Positions 29,724 through 40,033 are shown, counted from the first letter of the stretch. The stretch: 64,000 bases of DNA from Escherichia coli (GCF_044324875.1 NZ_CP172185.1), one strand, 5' to 3'. Translations and numbers: made by a program. Notes: generated by a model from the letters alone, not told the origin.

Positions 29724-30726
29724 CGCGCCAATCTGTGCAATCCAGAGCTTCGAAGGTGCGGCCCCGTTCTTCCGGGTCCAGCGGTCCGAATAAACCTCCC
29801 CCATGAGTTCCCACAGCTTCCAGGCTGTTTCCGTCGCTGATAAATCCGTTTTCACGTTCCCACTGCTCACGTGCTGCCCGAATTTCCTGAACTGCCCGTG
29901 ATGCGGTGCCACCTGGTGCTGCTGCATGGTTCACCCCCTTGCTGACTGGTTTAACCTGCGCCCTGACGTGATTTACGTGACGGGCGAATTTCTGCTCCCA
30001 CTGAACCTGTGTGAACACTTTCCCCTCCGCCATCCAGTAATCCCGGAAGGCGGCAAGTTCAGCAGGTGTAAATTCCGGTTCCGGCAAAGCCGCTCCCCAC
30101 AACGCAGCCCGCCGTCGAAAATCCAGCGACGGATGCCAGCCATCGGCCATCGGAAATTTCCCGATGGGTTCACTCATGCCGTCCAGATATCCGGGCTCCG
30201 TTGCCTGCGATGGCGTACCGTTCGACTCACTGGTCGGAGCACTCTCGCGCACGCGCGCGTTATGTGTGGGGTTTAATTCTTTATCTGTATCTTTATTAGT
30301 TGCCTTTGTGTTTGCGTCATGTTCAAACACCACACCAATATTTGTTTGAACACCTGTTAAATCTCTCTCTTGTTTTGTTTGAACATCTGCTTCCTTTCTG
30401 CTTCTTCTGGCCTGAACAGATGCTTTTCCGGCGGCTGATTTTTTGGTTAATTTTTCCCTGACTGATGCCAGATCTTCCTCAATCCGAAGATGCACCCATT
30501 CATCGCCGTTATCGTGAAAAAACTCCCGCAAGGATGGCTCCACATCAGCCCATCGCTCATTAGTCAGACGGGCAATTTTTGCCAGCCTGTTTTTAGGTAT
30601 TGGCTTTCCTGTTTGCCAGTAATTGAACATCAGCAACAAATATGCACCGTGCTCCTCTGCTGATAAATGCATGGTGTCAGCCAGGTAATCAGCGATGTAC
30701 AGTTGCATGTATGGTAATGCGGCCAT
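29716..30726 (-). CDS. Replication initiator/replisome organiser-like protein (DUF1376/YdaU-like N-terminus, DnaT-like C-terminal region)
   Basis: ORF track, 336 aa; N-terminal YMQLYIADYLADTMHLSAEEHGAYLLLMFNYW; position between the YdaT-like and P-like genes. Confidence 0.6.
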   Translation of the reverse strand: MAALPYMQLYIADYLADTMHLSAEEHGAYLLLMFNYWQTGKPIPKNRLAKIARLTNERWADVEPSLREFFHDNGDEWVHLRIEEDLASVREKLTKKSAAGKASVQARRSRKEADVQTKQERDLTGVQTNIGVVFEHDANTKATNKDTDKELNPTHNARVRESAPTSESNGTPSQATEPGYLDGMSEPIGKFPMADGWHPSLDFRRRAALWGAALPEPEFTPAELAAFRDYWMAEGKVFTQVQWEQKFARHVNHVRAQVKPVSKGVNHAAAPGGTASRAVQEIRAAREQWERENGFISDGNSLEAVGTHGGGLFGPLDPEERGRTFEALDCTDWRDD

Positions 30727-30796
30727 AATTGCCTCTTCTGATACCGAATTCCTTAATCACGTACTACCGAAAGCGATCCGGTATAACTATTGCCAG

Positions 30797-31222
30797 TCAG
30801 TGCATCACCACAGCATTACCCGCCGGGCCACCACGATTCATCTGATTGAAACCGGCGATTGCCACTGCGATAAAATCATCAGCGTCTCTCACCAGCCGTT
30901 CTCGTGTCTCCAGCAGCTCCCTGAAATAGGCTGAGCTGTGGCTACGCATTCTGGCCACCAGCAAAGGCGGCATTGCCTTTTCGATCGCTGGTAGTAACGC
31001 CTGAATTTTTACAACCGCATCAGGGGTGTCTTTCTCCACCCAGCGGAAAATTTTCTGGGTATTACGGGCCAGGGCTTCGGGATGGCTGTCGTCATACAGT
31101 TCCGGGAACGTCATACCCAGCTCAAAATAAGCCCGGGTTATTTCAGCTGCCGGAACTTTTTCGCCATCAGGACGCGCCCAGGCATTCATCGCCATGCGGA
31201 TGTGTTCATGCTTGATTTTCAT
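30797..31222 (-). CDS. YdaT-family protein (CII-position regulator of Rac-like prophages)
   Basis: ORF track, 141 aa; begins MKIKHEHI and ends ...NRGGPAGNAVVMH, as I recall for E. coli Rac YdaT. Confidence 0.55.
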   Translation of the reverse strand: MKIKHEHIRMAMNAWARPDGEKVPAAEITRAYFELGMTFPELYDDSHPEALARNTQKIFRWVEKDTPDAVVKIQALLPAIEKAMPPLLVARMRSHSSAYFRELLETRERLVRDADDFIAVAIAGFNQMNRGGPAGNAVVMH

Positions 31223-31487
31223 GAATCAAGCTCCTAGTAAGTGGTTGTGTTAACGTTTTGGTATCTTCCAGCTCGGGCCAAATATTCATCCAATCAAAAG
31301 GCCTTAGTTGCTGACGTGTAACTTCACCATTACTGGCTCGCTCAATAAGGACACATAACGATGCCCCTAACATTTGACCTTTACTCAATGCCTTTCTTAG
31401 ATAACCGATGCTAGTACCACACTCACATGCAAACATACGCTGTTCATCTGACGAAAGAGAATTGAGAAATATTCTTAATTCTTCCAT
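31206..31487 (-). CDS. Cro-like HTH regulator (YdaS family)
   Basis: ORF track, 93 aa; divergent from the repressor across an operator-containing region; HTH CGTSIGYLRKALSKGQ. Confidence 0.6.
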   Translation of the reverse strand: MEELRIFLNSLSSDEQRMFACECGTSIGYLRKALSKGQMLGASLCVLIERASNGEVTRQQLRPFDWMNIWPELEDTKTLTQPLTRSLIHENQA

Positions 31488-31517
31488 AGCTACTCCTTAG
31501 TAAACACAGCAAAAGAA

Positions 31518-31593
31518 TACCCATAGGTAAACAAAAGTCAATACCCTTGGGTTGTTTACCTTGCGGTAATCGCATCTATTATTTACCTATGGA
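31518..31593. promoter_or_regulatory. Right operator region: three TACCC-N2-GGGTA-type sites between the cro-like gene and the repressor
   Basis: TACCCATAGGTA (31518..31529), TACCCTTGGGTT (31542..31553), TTACCTATGGA (31583..31593, overlapping the repressor ATG). Confidence 0.5.
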
Positions 31594-32008
31594 CAAATAT
31601 GAATTTAGACGACAACAACTCATCAAAATTCGTGATGAGAAATGCGATGGTAAAGCGGTTAACGTGGCCAGAAAGATCGGTCGCGAGCCTTCTTATGTAT
31701 CAAGAATGTTGTACCCAGAGGGGAAAAAAGGAAAAAAACGGATCGCTGATGATATGGTGGAGATTATAGAAGAGTCCTTTGGGTTACCCCGGGGATGGAT
31801 GGATGGTATCGTTTCATCATCAACGAACACAGCCTCCAATTATGAAACAAGGGTTCTAACGCCACGACAACGTATTTTTTTAGATCTCTTAGACGAACTG
31901 CCTGAAAGTGAAGCGGATAACTTATTAAAAACTCTTGAAGAGAAAAAACAGTATTACAATATGATCTACGAAGAAATCCGTAAAAAGAAAGCACAAAACG
32001 CATCATAA
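31589..32008 (+). CDS. Prophage repressor (HTH, XRE-type; no S24 peptidase domain)
   Basis: ORF 31547..32008 with internal ATG at 31589 (MDKYEFRRQQL...); HTH AVNVARKIGREPSYVSRML. Confidence 0.7.
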   Translation: MDKYEFRRQQLIKIRDEKCDGKAVNVARKIGREPSYVSRMLYPEGKKGKKRIADDMVEIIEESFGLPRGWMDGIVSSSTNTASNYETRVLTPRQRIFLDLLDELPESEADNLLKTLEEKKQYYNMIYEEIRKKKAQNAS

Positions 32009-32053
32009 CTCACCAAACAACCAGTCACCAGTTAAGATACATCAAAAAAAAAT

Positions 32054-32090
32054 TACCCATGGGTATTTACTTTTTGGATACCCATGGGTA
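32054..32090. promoter_or_regulatory. Left operator/promoter: two perfect 12-bp palindromes TACCCATGGGTA
   Basis: Palindromes at 32054..32065 and 32079..32090, 25 bp centre to centre; TTTACT-17 bp-TATACT hexamers overlap them. Confidence 0.5.
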
Positions 32091-32283
32091 TACTTTTTTT
32101 CATACCAACCCACCCCGCCCCACAGAACGCAGGGCAATACTTCGAGTTACCAGGCAGTGGTCAGGGGTTAAGTAGCCAGCCCGAGGCGTATGAACATGAC
32201 GGCAGGGTTTAACTTTAACTATGCAGCAGGTTTTTGTTCCGCTACCCCGGCGTTAAGGGGAAACAGCACTGAGAGAAATCAGT

Positions 32284-32502
32284 ATGCAGAAGCGAGAACC
32301 CGTCATCATCTCGCCAGACTATACCGATGATGAACTTTATGAGTGGATGCGCCGGAAAATTCAGGCTGCGCAGGACCTGAAGTGGGCCAATGAAGCCAGG
32401 GCTAAGGAGGCTGAAAATCTGTCAGCTCTGGAGCAGGATATCACCAGGCTGGAAAAAGCAGCGGCATTAAGCATTGCCAGAATGATTACATACCCGCGTT
32501 AA
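32284..32502 (+). CDS. Hypothetical early-left protein (72 aa)
   Basis: ORF track; first ORF after the left operator; not Arg-rich, so not N-like. Confidence 0.4.
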   Translation: MQKREPVIISPDYTDDELYEWMRRKIQAAQDLKWANEARAKEAENLSALEQDITRLEKAAALSIARMITYPR

Positions 32503-32751
32503 CAGCTAATCAACAAGGCCAGGGTTGGTAATTAATGACTTCTCCACGGGTGAGGTGGAGTGCGTGCGCCGGACACAGACTGGTTAACGTCGCCTGGAGG
32601 CACCAGGCACCGCATCAACAAAGTTCACTTCGGTGATGAAAGGTAAGAGAAAATGTTGAATGTAGCTATTGAAAACCAGTACGGGTGGAATTATAGTGCA
32701 CCTGCACCTCATAAAGCGGGTGCCGGGATTGCTACCCCGACGTTCACTAAC

Positions 32752-32785
32752 GCGCATAACCGCGCCCAGGCGGTTTTTTTATGCG
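32752..32785 (+). terminator. Candidate intrinsic terminator/regulatory hairpin in the early-left leader
   Basis: CCGC-GCCCAG-GCGG followed by TTTTTTT, nested in a 7-bp outer stem CGCATAA/TTATGCG. Confidence 0.3.
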
Positions 32786-32946
32786 TAATGCACAGCCACA
32801 TTCAGATTATGGTGGGGCGTGCAGGGCAGCCGCAAGGCTGGCCGGGTTCGTTAGTGACCGGTTGTAGCAACCCTGTACGTCTCACCACCCATGAGATTGC
32901 TACCTCCGGTGGTGAGTTAATCAAATTCACTAACGAGGCTGCCATC

Positions 32947-33501
32947 ATGGCTACTATCCCTACCCTTTCTCACCCTGACATAACCATCAAAAACGGTCGC
33001 GCTGTCACTACGTCTATTGCGATCGCAGAGTTCTTTGGCAAGCGCCATGAACGAGTGCTGGATAAAATTCGCAATCTGGACTGTTCAGCAAAATTCACTG
33101 AGCACAATTTTGTGTCGAGCAAATACACCGACTCAACCGGGCGCAAACTCCCTATGTACCAAATCACCAAAAACGGCTTCGTTTTCCTGGTGATGGGCTT
33201 CACGGGCAAAAAGGCCGCTGCATTCAAGGAAGCCTACATTGCCGAGTTCGACCGCATGGAGGAAGAACTGCGCCGGAATAACACCACACCCGCTGACAAA
33301 ATAATCCCGGGTGATGGCCGCACCCTGGTTATCCGCTTCGACGAACACGGCTACATCAAATTCACCGAAACCGTTCCTGATGGCGCACTGGTCTGTACTC
33401 TGGATACTTTCCGTTTTTATCTGGAAAAGCAGGGATGGACTCTCATAAACCGGGGCGCAATTAAAAATATGACCGTCGAGCAGTTGCTGAGTATTAAATA
33501 G
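32947..33501 (+). CDS. rha: Rha-family phage regulatory protein
   Basis: ORF 32653..33501, start at internal ATG (MATIPTLSHPDITIKNGRAVTTSIAIAEFFGKRHERVLDKIRNL...); motif TKNGFVFLVMGFTGKKAAAFKEAYIAEFDRME. Confidence 0.65.
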   Translation: MATIPTLSHPDITIKNGRAVTTSIAIAEFFGKRHERVLDKIRNLDCSAKFTEHNFVSSKYTDSTGRKLPMYQITKNGFVFLVMGFTGKKAAAFKEAYIAEFDRMEEELRRNNTTPADKIIPGDGRTLVIRFDEHGYIKFTETVPDGALVCTLDTFRFYLEKQGWTLINRGAIKNMTVEQLLSIK

Positions 33502-33546
33502 TTTTCTGGAATTTCCTTCATATCACAAATTATTAAGGAGATTATT

Positions 33547-33768
33547 ATGATTGCTCATCACTTCGGAACCGATGAAATACCACGCCAGTGCGTCACTCCC
33601 GGCGATTACGTTATTTACGAAGGCCGGACATATATCGCCTCGGCAAACAATATCGAAAAGCAAAAACTTTATATCCGTGATTTCACTACAAAAACATGCA
33701 TTACTGACCGCATGATTAAAGTCTTCCTCGGTCGTGATGGTTTACCTGTAAAGGCGGTGGCATGGTGA
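33547..33768 (+). CDS. Hypothetical protein (73 aa)
   Basis: ORF track only. Confidence 0.35.
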   Translation: MIAHHFGTDEIPRQCVTPGDYVIYEGRTYIASANNIEKQKLYIRDFTTKTCITDRMIKVFLGRDGLPVKAVAW

Positions 33769-33887
33769 GCTGTAATAAATAACTGACCCAATACGACATT
33801 CAGCTTAATAAATACATAAGGGTCGATTCTTATATGCCAGCAATGGCAGGGATTCGCACAACCTTAAAACAGCAATGAGGTTTATCA

Positions 33888-35936
33888 ATGAGCACTGATA
33901 AAGAAACTTTTGCGCTATATTGCGAAGCTAAAAATGACAAAGTCAGAAAACGCCTTGGGATTAAAGGTGGTTTTTACTGGACTACAGCAAAAAAATTATC
34001 TGTTGCCATCTCCCGCTGCATTACCGCAATGGATGATAACGATTATGATGAAGACGACTTTAAAAAACCTGTTCGCGTCCATTTGCCCGTTGTTGATGAC
34101 CTTCCACCGGAAGGCGTGTTTGATACCGAATTCTGTAACCGGTATGAAAAAGGCGGCGAAGATGGCATCACAATGATATTTATCGCGCCTCCGCCATCCG
34201 CGCAGGACAAACCAGCCAGCACTGACAACACCAATGTTAATGGCGAAGACATGACTGAGATTGAGGAGAATATGCTTCTGCCGGTTTCAGGTCAGATTCT
34301 GCCTGTTCGCTGGCTGGCGCAACACGGCGGCGAAAAACCAGTAACGCACGTTTCGCGGGATGAACTGCGCTCATTACATAACGCACAGGAAGAAAAACTT
34401 CCCGCCGTTACCGCGCTGGCCATCTCAAATAAAGCAGCGCAACTCGAACCGCTGGAGATTCGGGATTTGTACAAACTGGTGCGGGACACTGACAAAGTTT
34501 TTCCCGCTCCCGTAAATTCAGACCTGGGACTGATGACCTCCTTCATCGAAGCATACCTGGACGCTGACTACACTGATCGTGGTCTGCTTACAAAAGAGTG
34601 GATGAAAGGAAATCGTGTTTCTCGCATCAGTCGCACACCATCCGGCGCTAACGCTGGCGGCGGTATTCTTACCGATCGCGGCGAAGGTTTTGTGCATGAT
34701 AATGCGTCAATGGCATTCGATGTTGCTACAGGAAAACTGGCTCGTTCGATGGATGTGGATATTTACAGCATGCATCCTTCACATACCAGACGTGTTAACG
34801 AAATTATCGCAGAAAATGATCCCTGTTTCTCCGTCTTCCTTAAGGCTTTTCTGAACATGCCAGGCGGGATGGATTATTCCCGCGCCATCGTGGTTGCCTC
34901 CGTGAAAGAAGCACCGGTTGGTATAGAGGCTATGCCCCACCGCGTCACCGAATACCTGAATAAAGTGCTGACCGAAACCGATCATGCCAACCCTGATCCG
35001 GAAATCGTGGATATTGCCTGCGGTCGTTCCTCTGCACCAATGCCGCAGCGTGTAACAGAAGAAGGAAAACAGGATGATGAAAAAAAACCGCAACCGTCTG
35101 GCGCAATGGCAGATGAACAGGCAACTACTAAAACAGTGGAACCGGATACAACTGAACATCATCCGGACACGCAGACGCTGGATGCTCGGCCGCAGGTGAA
35201 TTCTGTTGATGCGAAATATCAGAAACTGCGGGCAGAACTCCATGAAGCCCGGAAAAACATTCCGCCCCAAAATCCTGTCGACGAAGACAAATTGCTGGCA
35301 ACCTCTCGCGGAGAATTTGCTGAAGGGATTAGCGACCAGAATGATCCGAAATGGGTGAAGGGGATTGAAACCCGCGATTCTGTGAACCAGAATCAGCAAG
35401 AAACGGAACAGAACGACCAGAAAGCGGAACAAAACAGCCCAAATGTGCAACGAAAAGAGCCAAAAGCGAAACAATCCGAACCAGTAGCGCAACAGGAACC
35501 GGAAAAAGTCTGCACCGTCTGCGGTCAGAGCGGTGTCGACAACTGTCCTGATTGTGGCGTGGTGATGGGCGACGCAACATACCAGGAAATGTTCGATGAA
35601 GAGAATCAGCCTGAAGTTCAGGAAAATGATCCAGAGGAAATGGAAGGCTCTGCGCATCAGAACAAGGAGAACTCTGGCGGCAATCAGCATCATGCCAGCG
35701 ATAGTGAAACTGGCGAGACGGCAAATCCCTTAATTAAGATAACCAGTCATCACAAATATAAGTCCACAAGCAAAACGTGGTATCACCTGATGATCGACCT
35801 TGAAACAATGGGAACCAACACCAATGCACCCATAGTAGTTATTGGTGCGGTTTTCTTCGACCCGGAAACAGGGGAAATCGGGCCGGTATTTTATATCGTT
35901 ATCAGCCTGACTGACGCAATGAATACAGGGGCTGTT
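33888..35936 (+). pseudogene. RecE/exonuclease VIII-like protein, N-terminal 683 codons; gene interrupted by IS629-like element
   Basis: ORF ends ...[14 protein letters not shown]...DAMNTGAV and takes its stop codon TGA from the first three bases of the IS; the reading frame resumes in phase after the IS. Confidence 0.7.
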
Positions 35937-35990
35937 TGAACCGCCCCGGGAATCCTGGAGACTAAACTCCCTGAGAAAGAGGTAAACAGA

Positions 35991-36317
35991 ATGACTAAAA
36001 ATACTCGTTTTTCCCCCGAAGTCCGTCAGAGGGCGATTCGTATGGTTCTGGAAAGTCAGGGCGAATATGACTCACAGTGGGCGGCAATTTGTTCCATTGC
36101 CCCAAAGATTGGCTGTACACCGGAGACTCTGCGTGTCTGGGTACGCCAGCATGAGCGGGATACCGGAGGCGGTGATGGCGGGCTCACCACCGCTGAACGT
36201 CAGCGTCTGAAAGAGCTGGAACGTGAAAATCGTGAACTGCGCCGCAGTAACGATATCCTTCGCCAGGCTTCCGCTTATTTTGCGAAGGCGGAGTTCGACC
36301 GCCTCTGGAAAAAGTGA
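35991..36317 (+). CDS. IS3-family transposase OrfA
   Basis: ORF track, 108 aa; HTH and leucine zipper. Confidence 0.9.
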   Translation: MTKNTRFSPEVRQRAIRMVLESQGEYDSQWAAICSIAPKIGCTPETLRVWVRQHERDTGGGDGGLTTAERQRLKELERENRELRRSNDILRQASAYFAKAEFDRLWKK

Positions 36318-37204
36318 TGCCACTGCTGGATAAGCTGCGTAAGCTGTACGGGGTCGGACCGGTATGCAGTGAACTACATATTGCCCCGTCAACGTATTAC
36401 CACTGTCAGCAACAGCGACATCATCCGGATAAACGCAGTGCCCGTGCGCAGCGCGATGACTGGCTGAAGAAAGAGATACTGCGCGTATACGATGGGAATC
36501 ATCAGGTATACGGTGTGCGTAAAGTCTGGCGTCAGTTGTTACGGGAAGGAATCAGGGTAGCCAGATGTACAGTGGCGCGCCTCATGGCGGTTATGGGACT
36601 TGCCGGTGTTCTCCGGGGTAAAAAGGTCCGCACTACCGTCAGCCGGAAAGCCGTTGCCGCAGGCGACCGCGTAAACCGTCAGTTTGTGGCAGAACGTCCT
36701 GACCAGTTGTGGGTGGCTGATTTTACTTACGTCAGCACATGGCAGGGGGTCGTCTATGTGGCGTTCATCATTGATGTGTTTGCCGGATACATCGTGGGGT
36801 GGCGGGTCTCATCGTCTATGGAAACGACATTCGTGCTGGATGCTCTGGAGCAGGCGTTATGGGCCCGTCGACCGTCCGGCACAGTCCATCACAGTGATAA
36901 AGGTTCTCAGTATGTATCGCTGGCCTACACACAGCGGCTTAAGGAAGCCGGATTACTGGCATCAACAGGAAGTACTGGTGACTCGTATGACAACGCGATG
37001 GCGGAGAGCATCAATGGCCTTTACAAAGCGGAGGTAATACACCGTAAGAGCTGGAAAAACCGGACAGAAGTGGAGCTGGCCACACTCACGTGGGTGGACT
37101 GGTATAACAATCGACGATTGCTGGAAAGGCTGGGCCATATCCCACCGGCAGAAGCAGAAAAAGCTTATTATGCTTCCATCGGAAACGATGATCTGGCAGC
37201 CTGA
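36314..37204 (+). CDS. IS3-family transposase OrfB (DDE catalytic region; normally expressed as OrfAB by -1 frameshift)
   Basis: ORF track, 296 aa; overlaps orfA by 4 nt. Confidence 0.9.
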   Translation: MMPLLDKLRKLYGVGPVCSELHIAPSTYYHCQQQRHHPDKRSARAQRDDWLKKEILRVYDGNHQVYGVRKVWRQLLREGIRVARCTVARLMAVMGLAGVLRGKKVRTTVSRKAVAAGDRVNRQFVAERPDQLWVADFTYVSTWQGVVYVAFIIDVFAGYIVGWRVSSSMETTFVLDALEQALWARRPSGTVHHSDKGSQYVSLAYTQRLKEAGLLASTGSTGDSYDNAMAESINGLYKAEVIHRKSWKNRTEVELATLTWVDWYNNRRLLERLGHIPPAEAEKAYYASIGNDDLAA

Positions 37205-37246
37205 GTTCACAGATAAAACACTCTCCAGGAAACCCGGGGCGGTTCA

Positions 37247-37654
37247 GTTCCTGATGGTGGCACCATCGAATGGTGGCTGAAGCAGTCCAGCGAAGCCAGA
37301 GCTGCCATTTTAACTGACCAGGTAAAAATGAAAGATGCCCTTTTGCGTTTTCGGGAATTCGTCAATGAACACTCCGATGAAAAATTCGTTCAGGTGTGGG
37401 GTAATGGCGCAACGTTCGATAACGCAATTTTGCGCACCTCATACGAACGTCTGGACATCCCCTGTCCGTGGCATTACAGCAACGATCGTGATGTACGCAC
37501 AATCGTTGAGATGGGGAAAATCACAGACTTCAATGCCAGAAGCGTAATTCCATTCGAAGGCGTGCGCCATAATGCTCTGGATGACGCTCTTCACCAGGCA
37601 AAATACGTAACAGCCGCTATACAAAAACTGATCCCGAATCAGGCTGATTTTTAA
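37247..37654 (+). pseudogene. C-terminal fragment of the IS-disrupted exonuclease (DEDDh 3'-5' exonuclease domain remainder)
   Basis: In-frame continuation VPDGGTIEWWLKQ...; motifs WGNGATFDNAIL and VRHNALDDALH complete the DLETMG motif found before the IS. Confidence 0.7.
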
Positions 37655-37706
37655 TGTTCAACAGTCGCCAGTTGTCGTTGCTATTCTGCAACTGGCGCGT
37701 TCCGGA

Positions 37707-37985
37707 GTGATAGCCATGAGCGAACAGTACCTGATAACGCTCGATGAGTGGAAACCAAAACGGTTCAGTCTCCCAATAACAAACACTACCCTGGTGAAAT
37801 ATGGAAAACTAGGATACATCGTTCCAAGACCACAAAAAATTCGTGGGCGTTGGCTGATAGATCGCCGGGCAGTATTTGTTGGGCCAGGTGAAACAGGAAT
37901 TGCGCCGGAAATTCATACTGGCGATGATGATGCACTGAAGGAGATTTTAACTCATGTCACCGAGGCCACGAAAAAACAGCACTGA
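37707..37985 (+). CDS. xis: Excisionase (Xis-like)
   Basis: ORF track, 92 aa; YLITLDEW...VKYGKLGYIVPRPQKIRGRWLIDRRAV resembles lambda Xis; 3' end overlaps the int start. Confidence 0.6.
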   Translation: MIAMSEQYLITLDEWKPKRFSLPITNTTLVKYGKLGYIVPRPQKIRGRWLIDRRAVFVGPGETGIAPEIHTGDDDALKEILTHVTEATKKQH

Positions 37986-39072
37986 CGTAGCCGGTCTTTA
38001 CGAAAAGTTTGATCGCAGAACTGGCAGGGTTTACTACCAGTATAAAAACCCTGTGACTGGAAAATTTCACGGTCTCGGAACAGACAAATGTAAGGCAGAA
38101 AAAATCGCTTCCACAGCCAATCAGCGAATAGCTGCAGCAGAAGCTGAATATTACATGCGCAAAATTGATGAAAGTCCGTCAGCAACAAAACGTCGGGGTA
38201 TCAGATTAAAGGCATGGGTTGAACGATATCTGAAAATACAGGACACACGACTAAAAAATGGAGATATTGCAGCTACAACCCACAAAGAAAAAGCCCGAAT
38301 GGCTGCATACCTGGTTTCCCGTCTGGGAAACCACCCATTGAAAGAACTGGAAGTAAGAGACTTTGCATTGATACTGGATGAGTGGCTGGATAAAGACATG
38401 GTCAGCACGGCGAGAGTAAACCGTGGATTATGGGTTGATATTTATAAAGAAGCACAGCATGCAGGGGAAGTTCCTCCCGGATGGAATCCTCCGGAGGCTA
38501 CCCGTAAACCGATCCCTAAAGTAAGCAGAGCCAGACTCACCCTGGAAGACTGGCAAAAAATTTACAATGCAACGCCTGAAAGGCACTTTATTCGTAACGC
38601 AATGCTTCTTGCAATTGTTACTGGTCAGCGCCGTGATGACATTTGCCACATGCGTTTTTCAGATGTGTGGAACGAACACTTGCATATCACCCAGGGAAAA
38701 ACCGGAATGCGTCTGGCGTTACCGCTTACACTCCGCTGTGATGCCATTGGGATAACGTTAAAAGAAGTTATTGATGGATGCCGAGACAGAATATTAAGTC
38801 CATACCTAATCCATAGTCGGCACCAGAAACAACCAAAACCGATGAGTAAAGACAACCTGAGCGACTACTTTGCCAAAGCACGGGATCTGGCTGGGATAAT
38901 TCCACCAGCAGGAAAAACTCCTCCCACATTTCATGAACAACGCTCTCTATCAGAACGGCTGTACCGTACGCAGGGTATCGATACAAAAACATTACTGGGA
39001 CATAAAATCCAGGCAACCACCGATCGCTATAACGATACCCGAGGTCAGGAATGGGTTAAGTTGGTTATTTGA
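37954..39072 (+). CDS. int: Tyrosine integrase (lambda Int family)
   Basis: ORF track, 372 aa; C-terminal LLGHKIQATTDRYNDTRG with catalytic Tyr; terminal position next to host DNA. Confidence 0.9.
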   Translation: MSPRPRKNSTDVAGLYEKFDRRTGRVYYQYKNPVTGKFHGLGTDKCKAEKIASTANQRIAAAEAEYYMRKIDESPSATKRRGIRLKAWVERYLKIQDTRLKNGDIAATTHKEKARMAAYLVSRLGNHPLKELEVRDFALILDEWLDKDMVSTARVNRGLWVDIYKEAQHAGEVPPGWNPPEATRKPIPKVSRARLTLEDWQKIYNATPERHFIRNAMLLAIVTGQRRDDICHMRFSDVWNEHLHITQGKTGMRLALPLTLRCDAIGITLKEVIDGCRDRILSPYLIHSRHQKQPKPMSKDNLSDYFAKARDLAGIIPPAGKTPPTFHEQRSLSERLYRTQGIDTKTLLGHKIQATTDRYNDTRGQEWVKLVI

Positions 39073-39238
39073 CAAACACCATATGGAATATCCGTCACCA
39101 TCTCAGGAAAAAAGTGTTGTAAAATGCGTGGCCTTGTTTTGGGGAAAAGTTTTGGAGAGATTTTGGAGAAAGGAAAAAATTGAATAAATTCAAAATCCTG
39201 AAAGTGCTCCACCTTATGAATAAAAAGGTGGAACTCGA
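39073..39238 (+). other. Prophage-host junction (att core somewhere here) with 3'-terminal potB codons (...KVLHLMNKKVELE-stop) ending in ATGA overlap with the potC start
   Basis: Frame ending TGA at 39240..39242 is open back to about 39123 but the potB body is absent, replaced by int. Confidence 0.4.
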
Positions 39239-40033
39239 ATGATCGGTCGACTGCTTCGCGGCGGTTTTATGACCGCTATCTACGCGTACCTGTATATCCC
39301 AATCATTATTTTGATTGTGAACTCCTTTAACAGCTCGCGCTTTGGCATCAACTGGCAGGGTTTTACCACCAAATGGTATAGCCTGCTGATGAACAACGAC
39401 AGCCTGTTACAGGCAGCGCAGCATTCACTAACAATGGCGGTGTTTTCGGCGACGTTTGCTACGCTTATCGGTTCACTGACGGCAGTTGCGCTGTACCGTT
39501 ATCGCTTTCGTGGTAAGCCGTTCGTTAGCGGAATGCTGTTTGTGGTGATGATGTCACCAGATATCGTGATGGCGATTTCGCTGCTGGTGCTGTTTATGCT
39601 GCTGGGTATTCAGCTTGGCTTCTGGTCGCTGCTGTTCTCGCATATCACCTTCTGCCTGCCATTTGTGGTGGTGACAGTGTATTCGCGCCTGAAAGGTTTT
39701 GACGTGCGAATGCTGGAAGCGGCGAAAGATCTCGGTGCCAGCGAATTTACCATTCTGCGAAAAATCATTCTGCCACTGGCAATGCCAGCGGTAGCGGCGG
39801 GCTGGGTGTTAAGCTTTACCCTGTCGATGGACGATGTAGTAGTTTCTTCGTTCGTCACCGGACCAAGCTATGAAATTCTGCCGTTAAAAATTTATTCGAT
39901 GGTCAAAGTCGGCGTATCGCCGGAAGTTAACGCGCTGGCAACCATATTACTGGTGCTGTCGCTGGTGATGGTAATTGCCAGCCAGCTTATTGCTCGTGAT
40001 AAAACGAAAGGTAACACAGGGGACGTTAAATGA
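39239..40033 (+). CDS. potC: Spermidine/putrescine ABC transporter permease PotC
   Basis: ORF track, 264 aa, matches E. coli PotC. Confidence 0.95.
   Translation: MIGRLLRGGFMTAIYAYLYIPIIILIVNSFNSSRFGINWQGFTTKWYSLLMNNDSLLQAAQHSLTMAVFSATFATLIGSLTAVALYRYRFRGKPFVSGMLFVVMMSPDIVMAISLLVLFMLLGIQLGFWSLLFSHITFCLPFVVVTVYSRLKGFDVRMLEAAKDLGASEFTILRKIILPLAMPAVAAGWVLSFTLSMDDVVVSSFVTGPSYEILPLKIYSMVKVGVSPEVNALATILLVLSLVMVIASQLIARDKTKGNTGDVK

Larger units (their letters stand above)
35937..37246 (+). mobile_element. IS3-family insertion sequence (IS629-like), 1310 bp, terminal inverted repeats, 3-bp target duplication GTT
   Basis: Left end TGAACCGCCCCGGGAATCCTGGAGA, right end revcomp TGAACCGCCCCGGGTTTCCTGGAGA; GTT at 35934..35936 and 37247..37249. 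Confidence 0.9.

Noticed and set aside
32009-32283. rexA/rexB-like exclusion genes or an N-like antiterminator next to the repressor
   Set aside because: The repressor is followed directly by operators; the first downstream ORF is not Arg-rich, and no large ORFs lie between repressor and operators.
34779-35724. Minus-strand ORFs of 304 and 131 aa
   Set aside because: Antisense to the RecE-like exonuclease gene; Arg/Phe-rich low-complexity products.
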